Both the position numbers and the translations under genes were made by a program. A stretch of DNA of 63,417 nt, the filler included, from Chiloscyllium plagiosum (taxonomy: Eukaryota): assembly GCF_004010195.1 (NCBI RefSeq). It is 4 parts of one record of this genome, joined end to end, with 100 filler letters (N's around TTAATTAATTAA, not from the genome) between each part and the next. Parts side by side here need not be neighbours in the genome. Positions count along the whole stretch, not along the records: positions 1 to 17,036 come from NC_057710.1; positions 17,137 to 47,913 come from NC_057710.1; 2 more parts are not named here. One strand, given 5' to 3'. The notes below the pieces were generated by a model. It saw only the letters and a program-made list of their open reading frames with translations. It was not told where the DNA came from and made no database searches. Positions 12,840-25,759 of this stretch are shown here, one piece after another (the stretch's first letter is position 1; every line of letters starts with the position of its first letter).

Positions 12840-13140
12840 GTAGGCGATGATCTAGTGATATTGTCACTGGGTTAGTAATCCTGGCTTCAAATCTCATCAC
12901 AGCAAATGATGAAATTTGGAATTAAATTTTGATGTGAAGGTGTCCATTTTTGATTCTCATAAAACCCCATCAGGTTCATTAATGCATCTTAGGGAGGAAA
13001 TCTGCTATCCTTACCCAGTCTGCCCTAAATGTAACTCCAGTAATGTAATTGGCTCTTAATGGCCTCTCAGAAATTAAGGATGGACAGTAAATGCTGGGCC
13101 TAGCCAGCAATGCCAACACCTTATGAATGAACAATAAAAG
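12840..13140 (+). mobile_element. tRNA-derived SINE with a family-B LINE-like 3' tail
   Basis: Degenerate A/B-box-like head (TAGTGATATT...GGCTTCAAATCTC); tail TAAATGCTGG...GCCAGCAATGCC...TGAATGAA shared with family-B LINE ends; opposite-strand copy at 25760-26085. Confidence 0.65.
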
Positions 13141-13144
13141 TTAT

Positions 13145-14602
13145 CATCTGTTATCATTGCCCGTGGCAATCATCTTTGCGTCCTTATTGATCACTGTGGT
13201 AGTGCCAGATGATTGGAGGGTGGCAAATGTTATTCCCTTGTTCAAGAAAGGGAATAGGGATAATCTTGGGAATTACAGATCAGTTAGTCTTATGTCTGTG
13301 GTAGGCAAAGTATTGGAGAGGATTCTGAGAGACAGATTTATAATTACTTGAAAAATCATAGTTTGATTATAGATAGTCAGCGTGGCTTTGTCAGGTCATG
13401 CTTCACAAACCTTATTGGCTTCTGTGAGGATGTGGCAAAACACATTGATAAAGGTAGAGCAATGGAGGTGGTGTACATGGATTTTAGCAAGGCGTTTGAT
13501 AAAGTTTCCCACTGTAAGCTCATTCACAAAATAAGGAGGCATGGGATACAGGGAAATCTGGCTATCTAGATACAGAACTGGCTGGCCCATAAAAGACAGA
13601 GGGTGGTGGAAGTTGGAAAGTATTCAGCCAGGAGCTTGGTGACCAGTGGTTATCTACAAGGAGCTGTTCTGGGACCTCTACTCTTTATGATTTTTATAAA
13701 TGACTTGGATTAGGAAGTGGAAGGGTGGGTTAGTAAGTTTGCTGACGACATGAAGGTTGGTAGAGTTGTAGATATTGTAGAGAGCTGTTGTAGGTTGCAA
13801 CAGGACATTGACAGGATGCAGAACTGGACTGATAAGTGGCAGATAGAGTTCAACGGGGAATAATGTGAAGTCATTCACTTTGGAAGGTCAAATTTGAATG
13901 CAGAATACAGGGTTAAAGGCAGGAGTCTTGGCAGTGTGGAGGAACAGATGGTGCTTGTTGACCATGTCCATAGATCCTTCAAAGTTGCCACCCAAGTTGA
14001 TAGGGTTTTTAAGAAGGTGTATGGTGTATTGGTTTTCATTAGCAGGGAGATTGAATTTAAGAGCTCTATGGAATCCTGGTTAGAACACACTGGGATATTG
14101 TGTTTAATTCTGGTCGCCTCATTATAGGAAAGATGTGGAAGCTTTAGAGGACGTGCAGAGGAGATTTACCAGGATGCTGCCTGGACTGGAGGGCATGTCT
14201 TATGAAGAAAGGTTGAGGGATCTAGGGCTTTTCTCATTGGAGCAAACAAGAATGAGAGGTAATTTGATAGATGATGTGTGTGCAAGATGATGAGAGGCGT
14301 ACATAGAGTGGAGAGCCAGAGACTATTTCCCATGGCGGCAATGGATATCACGAGGGGTCATAATTTTAAGGTGATTGGAGAAAGGTATAGGGGAGATGTC
14401 AGATGTAGATTCTTTACACAAAGAGTGGTGGGTGTGTGGAATGCACTGCCGGCAGTAGTAGTAGAGTCAGATATATTAGAGACATTTAAATGACTCTTAG
14501 ATAGACACATGGAATATAGTACAATGAAGGGTATGTTGGTTAGTTTGATCTTAGAGTAGGATAAAAAGTTGGCACAATTGTTCAATGTTCTATGTTCTAT
14601 CT
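13145..14602 (+). mobile_element. CR1 LINE, RT to 3' end, decayed
   Basis: VPDDWRVANVIPLFKKG, YMDFSKAFDKV, FADD-like motif at about 13738, FFTQRVVGVWNALP; TGTTCTA tail repeats. Confidence 0.92.
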
Positions 14603-15440
14603 GTGTGAACTTCACTGAAAGTCATTGATCTCTACTTGTACTTTTGGAATGGTTGAGAGTTGATGGGATACTTGATTGGTTTGAGTGCCATGGAGCCCAG
14701 CTCCAAGTGAAAGAACAAGCCAAGGGTTTTTAAATACGTAACATCATTGCAACTGTGGTACAGACCATAAGGCATAGGCTTCCTGCCTCAGACATGATGG
14801 TATAAAAAAAATGAAAATGGAGAGAGACAACTTGAGTTTTGCTGCTACCACAAGCTTTGTATAACTTGAATGCAAACTTTGTATAGCTTCTTTCAGAACA
14901 AACGAGGCCACAAGTTTTTTGGACATATCAGGGCATTAGCACTAGCTAGATCTGATCATAAACAGACATAACTCTCAACATACACAGCTCCCACAGCATT
15001 GACTGACTTACAGATCACCCTATAGGGTGCAGTGCAATTTTTGAACTTTTTCATTCAAATTCCATCCTCATGTCAACATTAACCACACTACCTAACTAGA
15101 TAAGAACCAACTGTTCCCCCACCTGATTAAAAACAGGCTGTCTAGTATTGTCACACACAGTGCAGAAGATAAATGGAGCAAACATTGAAACATCATCTAT
15201 AGTCATACATACTCAACATATGAGAAGCAAGATGAGAAAGTGCTGAATGTCTTATGGCGAGTATCACTGTGATGGAACCTATCATTGAAGGCAAGTAACC
15301 TACTTCTTTTAATTACAAAAGAAATTGGAACAACAAGACTGATGCACTAAAAGACACTCAAAATAAAGTCTAAGAAAATGCTAGGAAATGTGGCCTTTGA
15401 CCTCAACTTTATCAGAATATCTAGATGTTTTTTGTTACAG

Positions 15441-15519
15441 GAAATATCAAGGTCATGTATAGAGGGCTCAAAAACGCAACACATCCACCACCAAAGAAAA
15501 GAATCCATCGAAAACATAG
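15441..15519 (+). other. Candidate exon (unassigned), 79 nt
   Basis: ttttttgttacAG acceptor and AG|GTAGGG donor; open as NIKVMYRGLKNATHPPPKKRIHRKH (phase 1 to 2). No homology recognised. Confidence 0.25.
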
Positions 15520-15672
15520 GTAGGGGAGTTCAATATTTACTACAATAGCAGGTGAAGATATATTTGGAACATTATTTAATTTGTATTCTTGAAGACTCTA
15601 GACATCAAGGAAGCCTGTCCATTATGGTACCATCGGATAATGAAACCACAGTGTAGATGATTAGCTATCGAC

Positions 15673-16868
15673 TTAGACCATAAGACCATAAGACATAGAA
15701 GCAGAAGTAAGGCCATTCGGCCCATCGAGTCCACTCCGCCATTCAATCATGGCTGATGGGCATTTCAACTCCAACTACCCGCATTCTCCCCGTAGCCCTT
15801 AATTTCTTGTGACATCAAGAATTTATCAATTTCTGCCTTGAAGACATTTAGCGTCCCAGCCTCCACTGCACTCTGTGGCAATGAATTCCACAGGCCCACC
15901 ACTCTCTGGCTGAAGAAATGTCTCCGCATTTCTGTTCTGAATTTACCCCCTCTAATTCTAAGGCTGTGTCCATGGGTCCTACTCTCCTTGCCTAACGGAA
16001 ACAATTTCCGAGCGTCCACTCTCTCCAAGCCATGTATTATCTTGTAAGTTTCTATTAGATCTCCCCTTAATCTTCTAAACTCAAATGAATACAATCCCAG
16101 GATCCTCAGCCGTTCCTCCGAGACTTACCATTCCCGGGATCATCCGTGTGAATCTCCGCTGGACACGCTCCAGTATGTCCTTCTTGAGGTGTGGGGACCA
16201 AAACTGGACACAGTACTCCAAATGGGGCCTAACCAGAGCTTTATAAAGTCTCAGTAGCACAACAGTGCTTTTATGTTCCAACCCTCTTGAGATAATTGAC
16301 AACATTGCATTCGCTTTCTTAATCACGGTCTCAACCTGCATGTTTACCTTGAGAGAATCCTCAACTAGCACTCCCAGATCCCTCTGTACTTTGGCTTTAC
16401 GAATTTTCTTACTGTTTAGAAAGTAGTCCATGCTTGCATTCTTTTTCCAAAGATGGTATAAAAAAAATGAAAATGGAGAGAGACAACTTGAGTTTCGCAT
16501 TTGCTCACATTGAATTGCATCAGCCATTTCCTGGACCACTCCTCCAAACTGTCTAGTTCCTTCTGCAGCCTCCCCACCTCCTCAGTACTACCTGCCTGTC
16601 CACCTAACTTTGTATCATTAGCAAACTTCGCTAGAATGCCCCCAGTCCCTTCATCCAGATCATTAATATATAATGCGAACAGCTGCGGCCCCAACACTGA
16701 ACCCTGCGGGACACCGCTTGTCACCGGCTGCCATTCCAAAAAAGAACCTTTTCTCCCAACTCTCTGCCTTCTGTCAGACAGCCAATCCTCGATCCATACC
16801 AGTAGCTCACCTCAAACACCATGGGCCCTCACCTTGCTCAGCAGCCTCCCGTGTGGCACCTTATCAAA
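15673..16868 (-). mobile_element. CR1 LINE RT to 3' end, relatively young
   Basis: VTSGVPQGSVLGPQLFALYINDL, KFANDTKL, LYKALVRPHLEYCVQFWSP, RRLRGDLIETYKI; (AGACCATA)n tail. Confidence 0.95.
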
Positions 16869-17036
16869 GTGTAAGTAGTATGGATGTAGGGTGTAAGTTG
16901 AATAAGGAGCTGAAATTGGCCTGTCGCAAAGATGTTACTACAGTTGTTATGGGGGATTTCAACATGCAGGTAGACTGGGAGAATCAGGATGGTATTGGAC
17001 CTCAAGAAAGAGACTTTGTGGAGTGCCTCCGAGATG
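16869..17036 (+). mobile_element. CR1 ORF2 endonuclease fragment, inverted relative to the adjacent copy
   Basis: VVMGDFNMQVDWE...FVECLRD contains the APE GDFN motif; ends at the gap. Confidence 0.85.
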
Positions 17037-17136
17037 NNNNNNNNNNNNNNNNNNNNNNNNNNNNNNNNNNNNNNNNNNNNTTAATTAATTAANNNNNNNN
17101 NNNNNNNNNNNNNNNNNNNNNNNNNNNNNNNNNNNN
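17037..17136. other. Scaffold gap with artificial linker (44N-TTAATTAATTAA-44N)
   Basis: The identical 100-bp construct occurs three times; the linker places stops in all six frames. Confidence 0.95.
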
Positions 17137-17495
17137 CAAAAGTTCTTGCCTAATACCATCAAAATTGGCCTTTCTCCAATTTAGAACTTCAACTTTTAGA
17201 TCCGGTCTATCCTTTTCTATCACTATTTAAAATCGCAGAGAATTATGGTTGCTGGCCCCAAAGTGACCCCCAATGACACCTCAGTCACCTGCCCTGCCTT
17301 ATTTCCCAAGAGTAGGTCAAGTTTTGCACCTTCTCTAGTAGGTACACCCACAAACTGAATCAGAAAATTGTCTTGTACACACTTAAGAAAATCCTCTCCA
17401 TCTAAACCTTTAACAATATGGTAGTCCCAGTCGATGTTTGGAAAGTTAAAATCCCCTACCATAATTACCCTATTATTCTTACAGATAGCTGAGAT
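17137..17495 (-). mobile_element. CR1 endonuclease fragment
   Basis: VIMVGDFNFPNIDWD...FLKCVQDNFLIQFVGVPTREGAKLDLLLGN. Confidence 0.9.
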
Positions 17496-17767
17496 AGTTT
17501 CATACATAAGAACTAATTCACATATATATGGCAAAACAAAAAGCATTCTAGAATTTTTGATATTGATTTCAACATCTTTGAATTATGATGGTTGCTTATC
17601 CCTGTATAATTTACAAATCTTCTTCAGATGAGTTATGGCACATATCAGAGACAAGCAATTGAACTTAGTTAACATAATGACCATATGTATGGTGCTGATC
17701 TTATATTCCACTCTGCACATTTTAAACACAAGTTAATTTATTGAGTTAAAATAGAGGAACAAGGAAG

Positions 17768-18262
17768 GTCATAGAGTCATAGAGATGTACAGCATAGAAA
17801 CAGACCCTTTGGTCCAACCCGTCCATGCCGACTAGATATCCCAACCCAATCTAGTCCCACCTGCCAGCACCCGGTCCTTATCCCTCCAAACCCTTCCTAT
17901 TCATATACCCATCCAAATGCCTCTTAAATGTTGCAATTGTACCAGCCTCCACCACTCCCTCTGGCAGCTCATTCCAGACACATATCACCCTCTGTGTGAA
18001 ATAGTTGCCCCTTAGGTCTCTTTTATATCTTTCCCTTCTCACCTAGAGGGCATAGGTTCAGGGTGAGAGGGGAAAGATATAAAAGAGATCTAAGGGGCAA
18101 CTGTTTCACACAGAGGGTGGTATGTGTCTGGAATAAGCATACCAAATGCCTTCTTCACTATCCTATCTACCTGCGACTCCACTTTCAGGGAGCTATGAAC
18201 CTGCACGCCAAGGTCTCTTTGTTCAGCAACATTCCCTAGGACCTTACCATTAAGTGTATAAC
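17768..18262 (-). mobile_element. CR1 3' end with an internal fold-back inversion and deletion
   Basis: Reverse complement of the 2917-3316 family with a GTCATAGA tail; 18044-18138 is inverted. Confidence 0.9.
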
Positions 18263-18484
18263 TAACTGTTCCTGTGTAACAACACTGTTTTTAGTTTCTG
18301 TCCTTTTTAAAATAACACATTCATGCTCCTATGATATTCAAATTTTTGTTCTATATAGTTGTAGAAATATAAATCCCAGGAGAGACTTGCTGATCCCTTG
18401 TAATTCCTGACAACATGATTTCAGTTGAAAATTCTCAATGTCTGACAATGGATTAGGTTTATTTTACATTGTTTGAGAATAGGC

Positions 18485-19105
18485 AACAACACCGCCCCCA
18501 TGATAATCCTTAACACAAGCACCCTGCAAGACTGCACACTCAGTCCCTAACTACACTCTCTATACATTCATGACCATGTGGCCAACTTCTGTTCTAACTC
18601 TACCTACTCATGGTTCACTCATAACATCATCTTTGTAGGCTGAATCTCAAACAATGACAAGACAAGAAACAGATAGAGTACTTGGTGGCATGGTGTGAAG
18701 ATAACAATCTCTCCCTCAATGTCAGCAAAATGAATGAGCTCGTCATTGAGTTCAGGAGGCAAAATGAAGGGCACTCCCCTGTGTACATCAGTGGTGCTAA
18801 GGTGGACAATGACAAGTTCTGAGGACTGATGACCGCCAACAATCTGTCCTGGTGCACCCATGTTGATACTATGGTCAAGAAATTACAAGAACACCTTTAT
18901 TTCCTCGGAGGTTAAGGCATGACAAAGACTGTTGGCAATTTTTATAAATGTATCATAGAAAACATCCCATCCAGGGGTATCATCTCTTGGTGTAGCAACT
19001 GCTCTCTCAGAACCATAAGAAACTACAGGGAGTTGTCAACAGCCTAGTCCATCACACAAGCCAACCTTCCATGCATTGACTCCATCTATACTTCTCATTA
19101 CCTGG
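18485..19105 (+). mobile_element. Old Rex1/Babar RT fragment
   Basis: Decayed GxPQGCxLSPLLYSLYTHD region at about 18515-18580; downstream sequence resembles the reverse complement of 8750-9360. Confidence 0.7.
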
Positions 19106-20913
19106 GCTGGTTCATCATAAAAAGACACCAAAACTCAAAACAGGACCATGCATAAATAGGTATGCTATGACCACCAAGTCCATTTACTGGACCTCTTAAT
19201 TTGGAATAAGGCTCAATATCTGTGTAGACTTCAAGGACAATTCAAAAGTACTTTCAAGAATCTTAACCTGGACTGCAAAGGAAATTGAAACACTTCAGTT
19301 CCAGCCTTAGAAAAGCAACCAGCATTGATCATTCTGATTTTTCACAAACCAAATAATGTTATAGCCTGCAGACAACACTTCTGACCACTTATCCATTCTT
19401 ACGGTCGCACAGGCGTCAGTATGATTTGACCACCTGGCCAATGCACATTTGTTGTGTCAGACATTCCTCCCTGCCCTATAATTAATGGCTGACAACCACA
19501 GATAGCTGTAGCAGTGCCAATGGTTATTTTACTAATAGGGAAAATCAACTGAAAATTTCAGGAAACCATTTGTAACAAATGAAAACTGCCTCTTTAAAAC
19601 AAATTGTTCTGTGGTCTGTTGTGTATGAAAGAAATTTTAAACTTATAGAATATTTGATATGTATAGGGCCACATCTCCCAGCAATGGTTCATATTAGTGT
19701 CATCACTATTAGACTGTTTTATTGATAGTAATCTGTTTATCACTGGACGTAGTCAATTACAAAAATGACAGTCGGGCTAAGACAGGTTAATCTATTTGTT
19801 TAGCCTAATATAGCTGTGATATGTTTATACATTAGATCAAGAGATTGCCGATGCCCTGAGGTGCCTTGAAATCTTTACTGTGAGTCAAAAAAGCAGGTCA
19901 AACATCCAAGGTCAATGGGGCAAAAAGAATCTGTCAAATTCCTCTCCAATTTCATGAGGTGATTGTAGCTAGTCCAATAGATTACATTGTTTGAGAATTA
20001 CATTATTTGGGAACTGGTGACCTCTTGTCGAGCCCCATCAGTATAAACAGCACAAGAGGGCAGACTGTATCCTCATACACGTGATTGCTTCAGGTTGTTA
20101 TAAGTTACAGCTGAAACAAAGCTGAGTAAAAAGATGAAGGCTGGAATTGATGAGTGTCATTTTGGTATCATTATCCCTCTAGTAGCATGGATCCATTGTT
20201 TTCATCGTCCTAAAATATGAGTTAATCAAGTAATTACTGTTTGGGGAAGTAAAGCCATATAGTACAAGACACTAAGTTGGTGCTGTTCCTTCACCAGTTT
20301 GCAAGTGAAGTACTATTCATTTCAGTGGCTGAATAATAAATTGCTGCATGTTGAGTTGTGCGATGTAGATAGTGGATCAGCTCTGGGGAATCAGGGTTTC
20401 CCTACAGAGTTCCTACCTTGTTCTTGTAGCCACAGTGTTCACGTGGCTGCTCCAGTTAAGCTTCTGATCAATAGTGGTCTCTGGGATATTGATAGAGGGA
20501 CATTCAGCTATTGTAATGCCATTGAATACCAAGAGAAACTGGTTGAACTCTCTTTTTGTTGGAGATAATTATTGTCAGGTACTCCTGAGGTCTGAACAGG
20601 AATTGCTTTTTATCAGTTCGAATTGAAGTGTTGTCCCGGTCTTGCTACATGTGGGCATAGTCTTCTTCACAATGTGTAAGGTAATGATTCTGAAGGGGTT
20701 CATGGTCATATTAACTCCTCTTATCCTGCTCAGGAGCAGGGGATGATATTTCCTAAGTTTAACATTGAAGTAGGAAGAAATGTGACATAGCATTTAGGGA
20801 GGTTTGGCCCACCAATTATTATATCCCCTTGTAATTAATATATTGCTCTGCTCTCCTTTTCTTCATCTTCAATTGCTGCTCCTCCTCAACCATTAAAATG
20901 TTACACAATCAAA

Positions 20914-21265
20914 TAGAACATAGAACATAGAAAAATACAGCGCAGTACAGGCCCTTTGGCCCTCGATGTTGCGCCGATCCAAGCCCACCTAACCTACACT
21001 AGCCCACTATCCTCCATATGCCTATCCAATGCCTGTTTAAATGCCCATAAAGAGGGAGAGTCCTCCACTGCTACTGGCAGGGCATTCTATGAACTCACGA
21101 CTCACTGAGTAAAGAATCTACCCCTAACATCTGTCCTATACCTACCACCCCTTAATTTAAAGCTATGCCCCCTTGTAATAGCTGACTCCATACATGGAAA
21201 AAGGTTCTCATGGTTAACCCTATCTAAACCCCTAATCATCTTGTACACCTCTATCAAGTCACCCC
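20914..21265 (-). mobile_element. CR1 3' end
   Basis: (AGAACAT)n tail; close to the reverse complement of 59945-60183. Confidence 0.9.
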
Positions 21266-21436
21266 ATATGGCTCCTATATTGTTAACTTAAAGAAGTTGT
21301 TAATACTTTCTCATCCTACTTCCTTCAGTTTCTTTTCCCTAAATCAATCAGTTTCTGTAGGTTAGAGCGTACTATGTGTCTTGAACTTAAATTTCCTAAA
21401 AATGAGACGTTCTTTTTTGACCTTTAACCATATCAC

Positions 21437-21630
21437 ATGGGGCAGTATGGTGGCTCAGTAGTGAACACTGCTGCCTCACAGTGCCAGGGACCTGGGTTCC
21501 ATTCCAGCCTCGAGCGGCTGTCTTGTCTGTGTGGAGTTTGCACGTTCTCCCTATCCGTGTGGGTTTCTTCCGGGTGCTCCGGTTTCCTCCCACAGTCCAA
21601 AGAAGTGCAGATTAGAGTGAATTGGGCAAA
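21437..21630 (+). mobile_element. tRNA-derived SINE (HE1/V-SINE type), 3'-truncated
   Basis: A box TGGCTCAGTAG, B box GGTTCCATTCC, and core TGTGGAGTTTGCACGTTCTCCC...GGTTTCCTCCCACAGTCCAAAGA. Confidence 0.85.
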
Positions 21631-21659
21631 TTCTAGTAACTGCATTCCAAGATGAACCT

Positions 21660-22075
21660 TTACCATCAACTACTACCCTCTGTCTTCTTCCAGCCAGCCA
21701 ATTCCTAATCCAAACCTCCAACTCACCCTCAATGCCATACCTCCATATTTTTCACAGTAGCCTACCATGGGGAACCTTATCAAATGCCTTACTAAAATCC
21801 ATATACACCACATCTACCACTTTACCCTTGTCCACCTCCTTAGTCACCTTCTCAAAGAATTCAATAAGGTTTGTGAGGCACGACCTGCCCTTCACAAAAC
21901 CATGCTCTCTATCCTTGATCACATTATTCCTATCCAGATGTTCATAAATCCTATCCCTTACAATTTTCTCTAAGACTTTGCCCACAACAGAAGTGAGACT
22001 CACCGGCCTTTGGTTACTAGGGTTATCCCTACTCCCCTTCTTGAACAAGGGAACCACATTTGCTAGCCTCCAAAT
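21660..22075 (-). mobile_element. CR1 RT internal fragment
   Basis: VPLFKKG...RPVSLTSVVGK...HGFVKGRSCLTNLIEFF...YMDFSKAFDKVPH. Confidence 0.92.
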
Positions 22076-24264
22076 GTTAAGTACAAATCCCCTACTTGAA
22101 TATCTTATGCCATGTGATACATTTTAGAAAAATATGTTGTGTTAAAGAAGTCTTATTCTCACTTATAAATGTTTCATGGCCTCACTTCATCCTATCTTGC
22201 TATCCTCCTGCAATTCTACCTTCTTCCAATTCTGCCCCATTGTGTATTCCCATTATTAACTGGTGTCATCTGACTAGGCCTTGAACTCTGGAATGGCCTT
22301 CCTAAATCTATTTCCCTATTATTTTGTCAGGCCTTTAAACCTTCTTCTTTGGCCATGCTTTTGAACAGTTGCTCAGCTACGTCTTGCATAACTTGGTGTC
22401 AAATTTTATTCATTCATATACTTGTGAAGTTCTTTGAGATATTAAACACATTAAAGTCATTCTAAAATTTAAGAGGTCATTGTTCTGATGAAAGGCAAAC
22501 CTTAACTGCAAACTATTTCTCTTTCCACAGATATTCACAGATCTACCCATTATTTCCAGCATTTTCTGTGTTAACTTCAAATTGTTATTGCTGATTGTTA
22601 ATTGTCCACAGGTCATATGTGCCTTATTGGTAATTATTGTTATTTTAAATTTGTTAACATTAGCCAATTAAATATCTGATATGGTTGTAATATTCTATGA
22701 TTCAAATGTTCTGAGTTTGATTATGTGAGTCTGTGGATGATCAATTCCACTGTGTTTTACTGGTTAAGGACTTGAAGAGTAGTGAATAAGCCAGTGTGGA
22801 GCATGGAGTAGATATTGTACATAACTGTGAAAAACCCATTTTACACAGAAATTAGATTAGATTAGATTACTGACAGTGTGGAAAATGAATGATATCTCTG
22901 ATAGATCTGATAGAAACAAAGCACATTGATTATTTGAGTTAATCATAAGTCATCCCTCATAGAACTGCAGTCCTCTGAGACATGAAGCCAAAGCTACGAT
23001 TCCACAGTGAGCATACCTGCTGATCTGAATATATTTTGATGGATACAGCTGGTTTCTACCTTTGATGTGGATAGTTTGAGTCAGAAAATTTTCTGATTTT
23101 CACAGCTCAGCAAACCTGCTTTAGAAAAATGTAGTCGAGTGTTTTTATTCAATCATGGAACTTTGGCAGCTTGGTTAGGTCTACATCTGTCATCCATCCC
23201 TAATCGCTATTAAGAAGATGGTGGTGAGTTGTCTTCTTGAATCTGCTATCCAGGTGGCTGGTTAATGCTTTTAAGAAAGGAGTTTCAAGAGTTTGGCTCA
23301 GCCCCAGTGAAGGGACAGTGAAATGTTTCTAAGTTAGGATAGTGTGTGGGCCAAAGGGGAACATGCAGGTTATGGTGTTTCCATTCACCTGCTGTACTTG
23401 TCCTTCTAGCTGGTTGTGGTGAACAGTTTCAAAGATACTGTTGAAGAAATAGCACAATTTCTACACAAGAGTATCATGAGTGCAAGATAGATTTCCTGGA
23501 CTTTAGAGTGCCAGGGATAGCTGTTTAAAGAATTTGTCTTGGTTCGTTGGAGCTTTGTCCCAATTGTTATACTCTCTAACCATCATGCTCCATCAACCCC
23601 AATCTTTTCCCAAGGCCTTTCATAACAGGTGGTCCTCCCAACCCCTACCATTCCCTCTTCACACACACACATACTCTCCAACACTCCTCCCCATGTTAAT
23701 ACATGTCTCTTACTCACCCCCACTCCATACTCCCTTATAGCATGTCAACCCAATGTTAACGCACATCAACTCACGCTTCTCACACACACTACTGTTTGCC
23801 CTTTCACCCTGCAAGCCAAAGCATCCAATATTTAGCATAGTCAAACCTCAGGAGCCATGCTGGGATGACATTAATTAAAGACTTACATAACCATTATGAC
23901 TTTAATTATAATAAACAAACACTCTCATTCATGTAAGCCCATTTAATATTGTAAAACTTCCACAAATACATAATCCTTTACCAAAACACCAGGCCTGTAT
24001 TCATAACCCTGTAACATTCATTAGTGATCATTTTAATAATTTCTTTCAGCCATCACTCAAATTTGCACTGTGGTTTGAAATAATTTTGATCCTGAGTTTT
24101 TCAATTCTCACTGACACAGACAGGATTCTTTTTTAAATTTTAAAGAGTTGGGGACTGAAATAATTTAACATTTCCGCAGACCTTCTCTGCCATCACTGGT
24201 ATTGGGCGAGTTAATAAGTTCTTGACTGGCATAGTATGAGCTAACGCCCCTGCTAAGGCTAACA

Positions 24265-24520
24265 TCATAGAATCCCTGCAAGAGGACATTTGGCCTTTTC
24301 ATGCCACACCACCAAAGAGTACCCCATCCAGACTCATCTCCCCACCTTATCCCTGTAACCCTGCATATCCCACGGCTAACTCACTGCAGCTAATTTGGCA
24401 TGGCCAATCCACCTAATCTGCACATTTTTGGATTCTGGGAGGAAACCAGAGCACCTGGATGAAACCCACGCAGCCACAAGGAGAAGGTGCAAACTCCACG
24501 CAGATGATCACCCGGGTCCC
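24265..24520 (-). mobile_element. HE1/V-SINE-type SINE, degenerate
   Basis: Homologous to 31982-32297. Confidence 0.75.
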
Positions 24521-25424
24521 TGGTACTTTCCAATTGTGATATTTTGAATGTCTAAGTAGAATTCTTTCTACACAATGAGTTAGAATAGAGAATGAATGTG
24601 TGGTGGAGGCAAGTTCTCTTGAAGCATTCAAGAGGACATTGGATAAATAACTGAATGGAATGATATTGCAGGATACAGGGAATATACAGGATTTTTGCTC
24701 TGAGAAAATGCTTGGAGAGCCGATGAAGACACAATCAGCTGATTCGCCTCCTTCAACAGCATAACAGTTTTGTGACTCTGTGATTGTGAACAATTAGACT
24801 TGGTTGAATTTTAAGCTGTTTTGGATCTTAAAATAACACATAATGTACAGAGTTTTATGAATAAGTGTTATGAGAGTGTTATGGGATGGTATGAATTTGA
24901 ATAGTGATAGCCACAATTGAATGTAATATTAATCACCTATGTTTGACACTTTCGAACACTTTATAACTTGTGAGTGAAAAGTACTGCTCCAGATATCAAA
25001 GGGCAGACTGATATAAAGTTGCTTTGTCGGTTTAATTGATATCGGGTCAAGAATGAAAGATGAGTCATAGTACTTCTGAAATTGTACTCTTTTGGCTGGT
25101 AAATTAAAACATAATGTTCATTAATCTGGAAAACTGAGAGGTGGTGTAGAGTTGAACATTATTGTTTTGCCTCTGGGATGTGGTTATGAATGCAACCCAG
25201 ATTAATGAAATGGAAGTGGATCTCTGCCATGCAGTTACATGGTTGTGAAATGAGTTTGAACAGCCTCGATCCAGTTGGGCTTTGGATCCAAATCAGCCCA
25301 TCATCTGTAAACCGGACAGAAAATTGGCTGTCTCAGTCAAATGTGTTGTAAATATAACTGCTGTGCAGGAAGAGAAGTAATGGTAAATGGTTTATTTTCT
25401 GAAATGAATGTTTTCACACTTCAG

Positions 25425-25523
25425 GCAAGATTTTCTCTGTTTGCAATGTGTAGTGGAAATCTTAAACACCTTTAAAAACAATAATGATGTTCTTTGGCCC
25501 ATTGTACTATTGTTCATCATGTT
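25425..25523 (+). other. Candidate exon (unassigned), 99 nt
   Basis: ttttcacacttcAG acceptor and TT|GTATGT donor; only the phase-2 frame is open: QDFLCLQCVVEILNTFKNNNDVLWPIVLLFIM. Lies in unique sequence. Confidence 0.3.
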
Positions 25524-25759
25524 GTATGTGCTCTCTTTACTATCACAGTGGGGTACTATTGTTGCCACCATTCTCTGTCGCAGTAGGAATCTCTTAGGAC
25601 TGCCTGATCTGAAGTGTGAAGGAAAACCAACTGGTAGTCTAATGAGAAGAGGGTCAGTTTTAAACAAGATGTGGTTTATCGCAAGATAGCAACTCTGTAC
25701 AAGGTACACTTGTGTACATTGTTACAGAGAGAATGAGGAAACACAGATGGTAAATTTAA

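Noticed and set aside
17081..17092. TTAATTAATTAA motif (also at 47958 and 59699) as a biological element
   Set aside because: Always centred in exactly 100-bp N gaps; an artificial six-frame stop linker.
21437..21510. tRNA gene (also at 32225-32297)
   Set aside because: A/B boxes run directly into SINE body sequence; no complete cloverleaf.
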